A stretch of 64,000 nucleotides of DNA from Phaeosaccion multiseriatum (taxonomy: Eukaryota > Protista > Ochrophyta, other classes): contig OZ218951.1 in NCBI GenBank assembly GCA_965112735.1, forward strand, positions 496,001-560,000, given 5' to 3'. This document shows positions 62,918 to 64,000 of this stretch, piece after piece. Position numbers and translations under genes: made by a program. The notes below the pieces were generated by a model. That model was not told the DNA's origin, searched no databases, and saw only the letters and a program-made list of their open reading frames with translations. Each line of letters starts with the position of its first letter. The stretch's first letter is position 1.

Positions 62918-64000
62918 TAGTGAGGAGAGAACACGAGGGGCCGGTAGCAGGTGAAGCTGGAGCTGGAGCTGGAGCTGGGGCCTCACAGGACATCACTGCG
63001 ACACTGGCCACGGTCAGCTTTCGGCTGATGCCCCCGGTGGTGCATGAGCTGCCTATGGGCCGCCGTGCAGCGGATAGGCACAGGAAGTGTGGTGAGGTGT
63101 CATTTGGTCTGCCCGCCCTGCCGGAGGCAATTTGCTGGAGGCAGAAACGCTGCCAACAGGCAGGCATAGGAGTGACGAGAGCAAGCTCTGCATGACGACG
63201 ACGGTGAGGATTTCGCGTGTCGTGCGAGGAGTACACGCACGCACCCACACACGCCATCGCCTGTCTCAAGAGCGTGAAGCGCTATTCCTCGCGCCCTCAT
63301 GCTGGTGCCAAACCACTTGACTGCTTCTGCCGCTCGTCGCCGTGTGCGTGTGCGTGTGAGCATGCGCAGAGCAGAGTTAGCCCCTCCTCGCTCCTCCACG
63401 ACGGCCTGTCCACACCTGTCCCCCCACCGCACGTGTGCTGTACCTTGAGCCGGGTGTGGGCGGATGAAGAGATGCAGACTCCCTGCCGGCTCCAGGCCGC
63501 CCCTTGCTTTGCGATGGTTGGAATACAAAGATATGTACCATACATACGTACATATATATGTACACACATGCATACATACATACATGCACACATACATACA
63601 TACATAGATACAAAAAAAAGTAGTTACAGAGAATGGACTGTGAATAGACCGTGGTGGGATCTTGGAGCGAACATCTCTCTCTCGCTTGATTCAAATAGGT
63701 ACAAGAAGTTGCCATTCCGTGTACAGTTGTAGCTGGACTCCATCTGTCCGCGCCATCGTAGGCAAGGGCCACGTATCTCGTCACAAAAACAAAACACACA
63801 TGGAGACAGACACGCTTCCCCAGGAGCTGCCTCCAAGGAGTGTGCTCGAAGGAAGGTTGCTCGTGTCTCCTCTCTCAAGTTGGCGGAGCGACGTGTCACC
63901 GCTTCTCCTTCCCGTTGGCGCCTCCCTGTCTGCCCCTCTTCCTCCCCACCACCGCTGCCGCTGCCCCCGGCGACGCCTCGCCCCCCCCATCTTCGTCCTT

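Noticed and set aside
62918-64000. Possible further gene at the right edge
   Set aside because: Only short ORFs without recognisable motifs plus (CATA)n repeats are present, which cannot support a call.

Overview
Eukaryotic, intron-containing genomic DNA, most likely from a photosynthetic stramenopile (ochrophyte-type alga), judged from GT-AG introns with microsatellites and a bipartite plastid-targeting presequence. The first 46.5 kb is not a multi-ORF bacterial cluster. It is the 3' part of one giant spliced hybrid PKS-NRPS gene: 14 visible exons, 44,295 coding nt and at least 14,764 aa, open at the 5' window edge. Architecture: [KS-ACP]-[KS-AT-DH-ER-KR-ACP]-[KS-DH-ER-KR-ACP]-[KS-AT-KR-ACP]-[KS-DH-ER-KR-ACP]-[KS-AT-KR-ACP]-[KS-DH-ER-KR-ACP]-[KS-AT-KR-ACP]-[C-A-PCP]-[C-A-PCP], ending in a membrane-embedded, epsilon-poly-L-lysine-synthetase (Pls)-like domain with no thioesterase. 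Unusual traits: AT-less and cis-AT modules strictly alternate; an intron sits at the same codon of every complete KS, so modules are in-frame cassette exons; modules were recently duplicated in tandem with local sub-domain swaps; and a Pls-like domain occupies the release position. Colinear reading predicts a 3,7,11-trihydroxy long-chain acyl dipeptide, possibly ending in a basic amino acid (inference). Downstream are a convergent CDP-diacylglycerol synthase, a Sec31 carrying a WW domain, and a divergently transcribed putative plastid/thylakoid-lumen protein. Exon and domain coordinates were read by eye, and domain borders are approximate.
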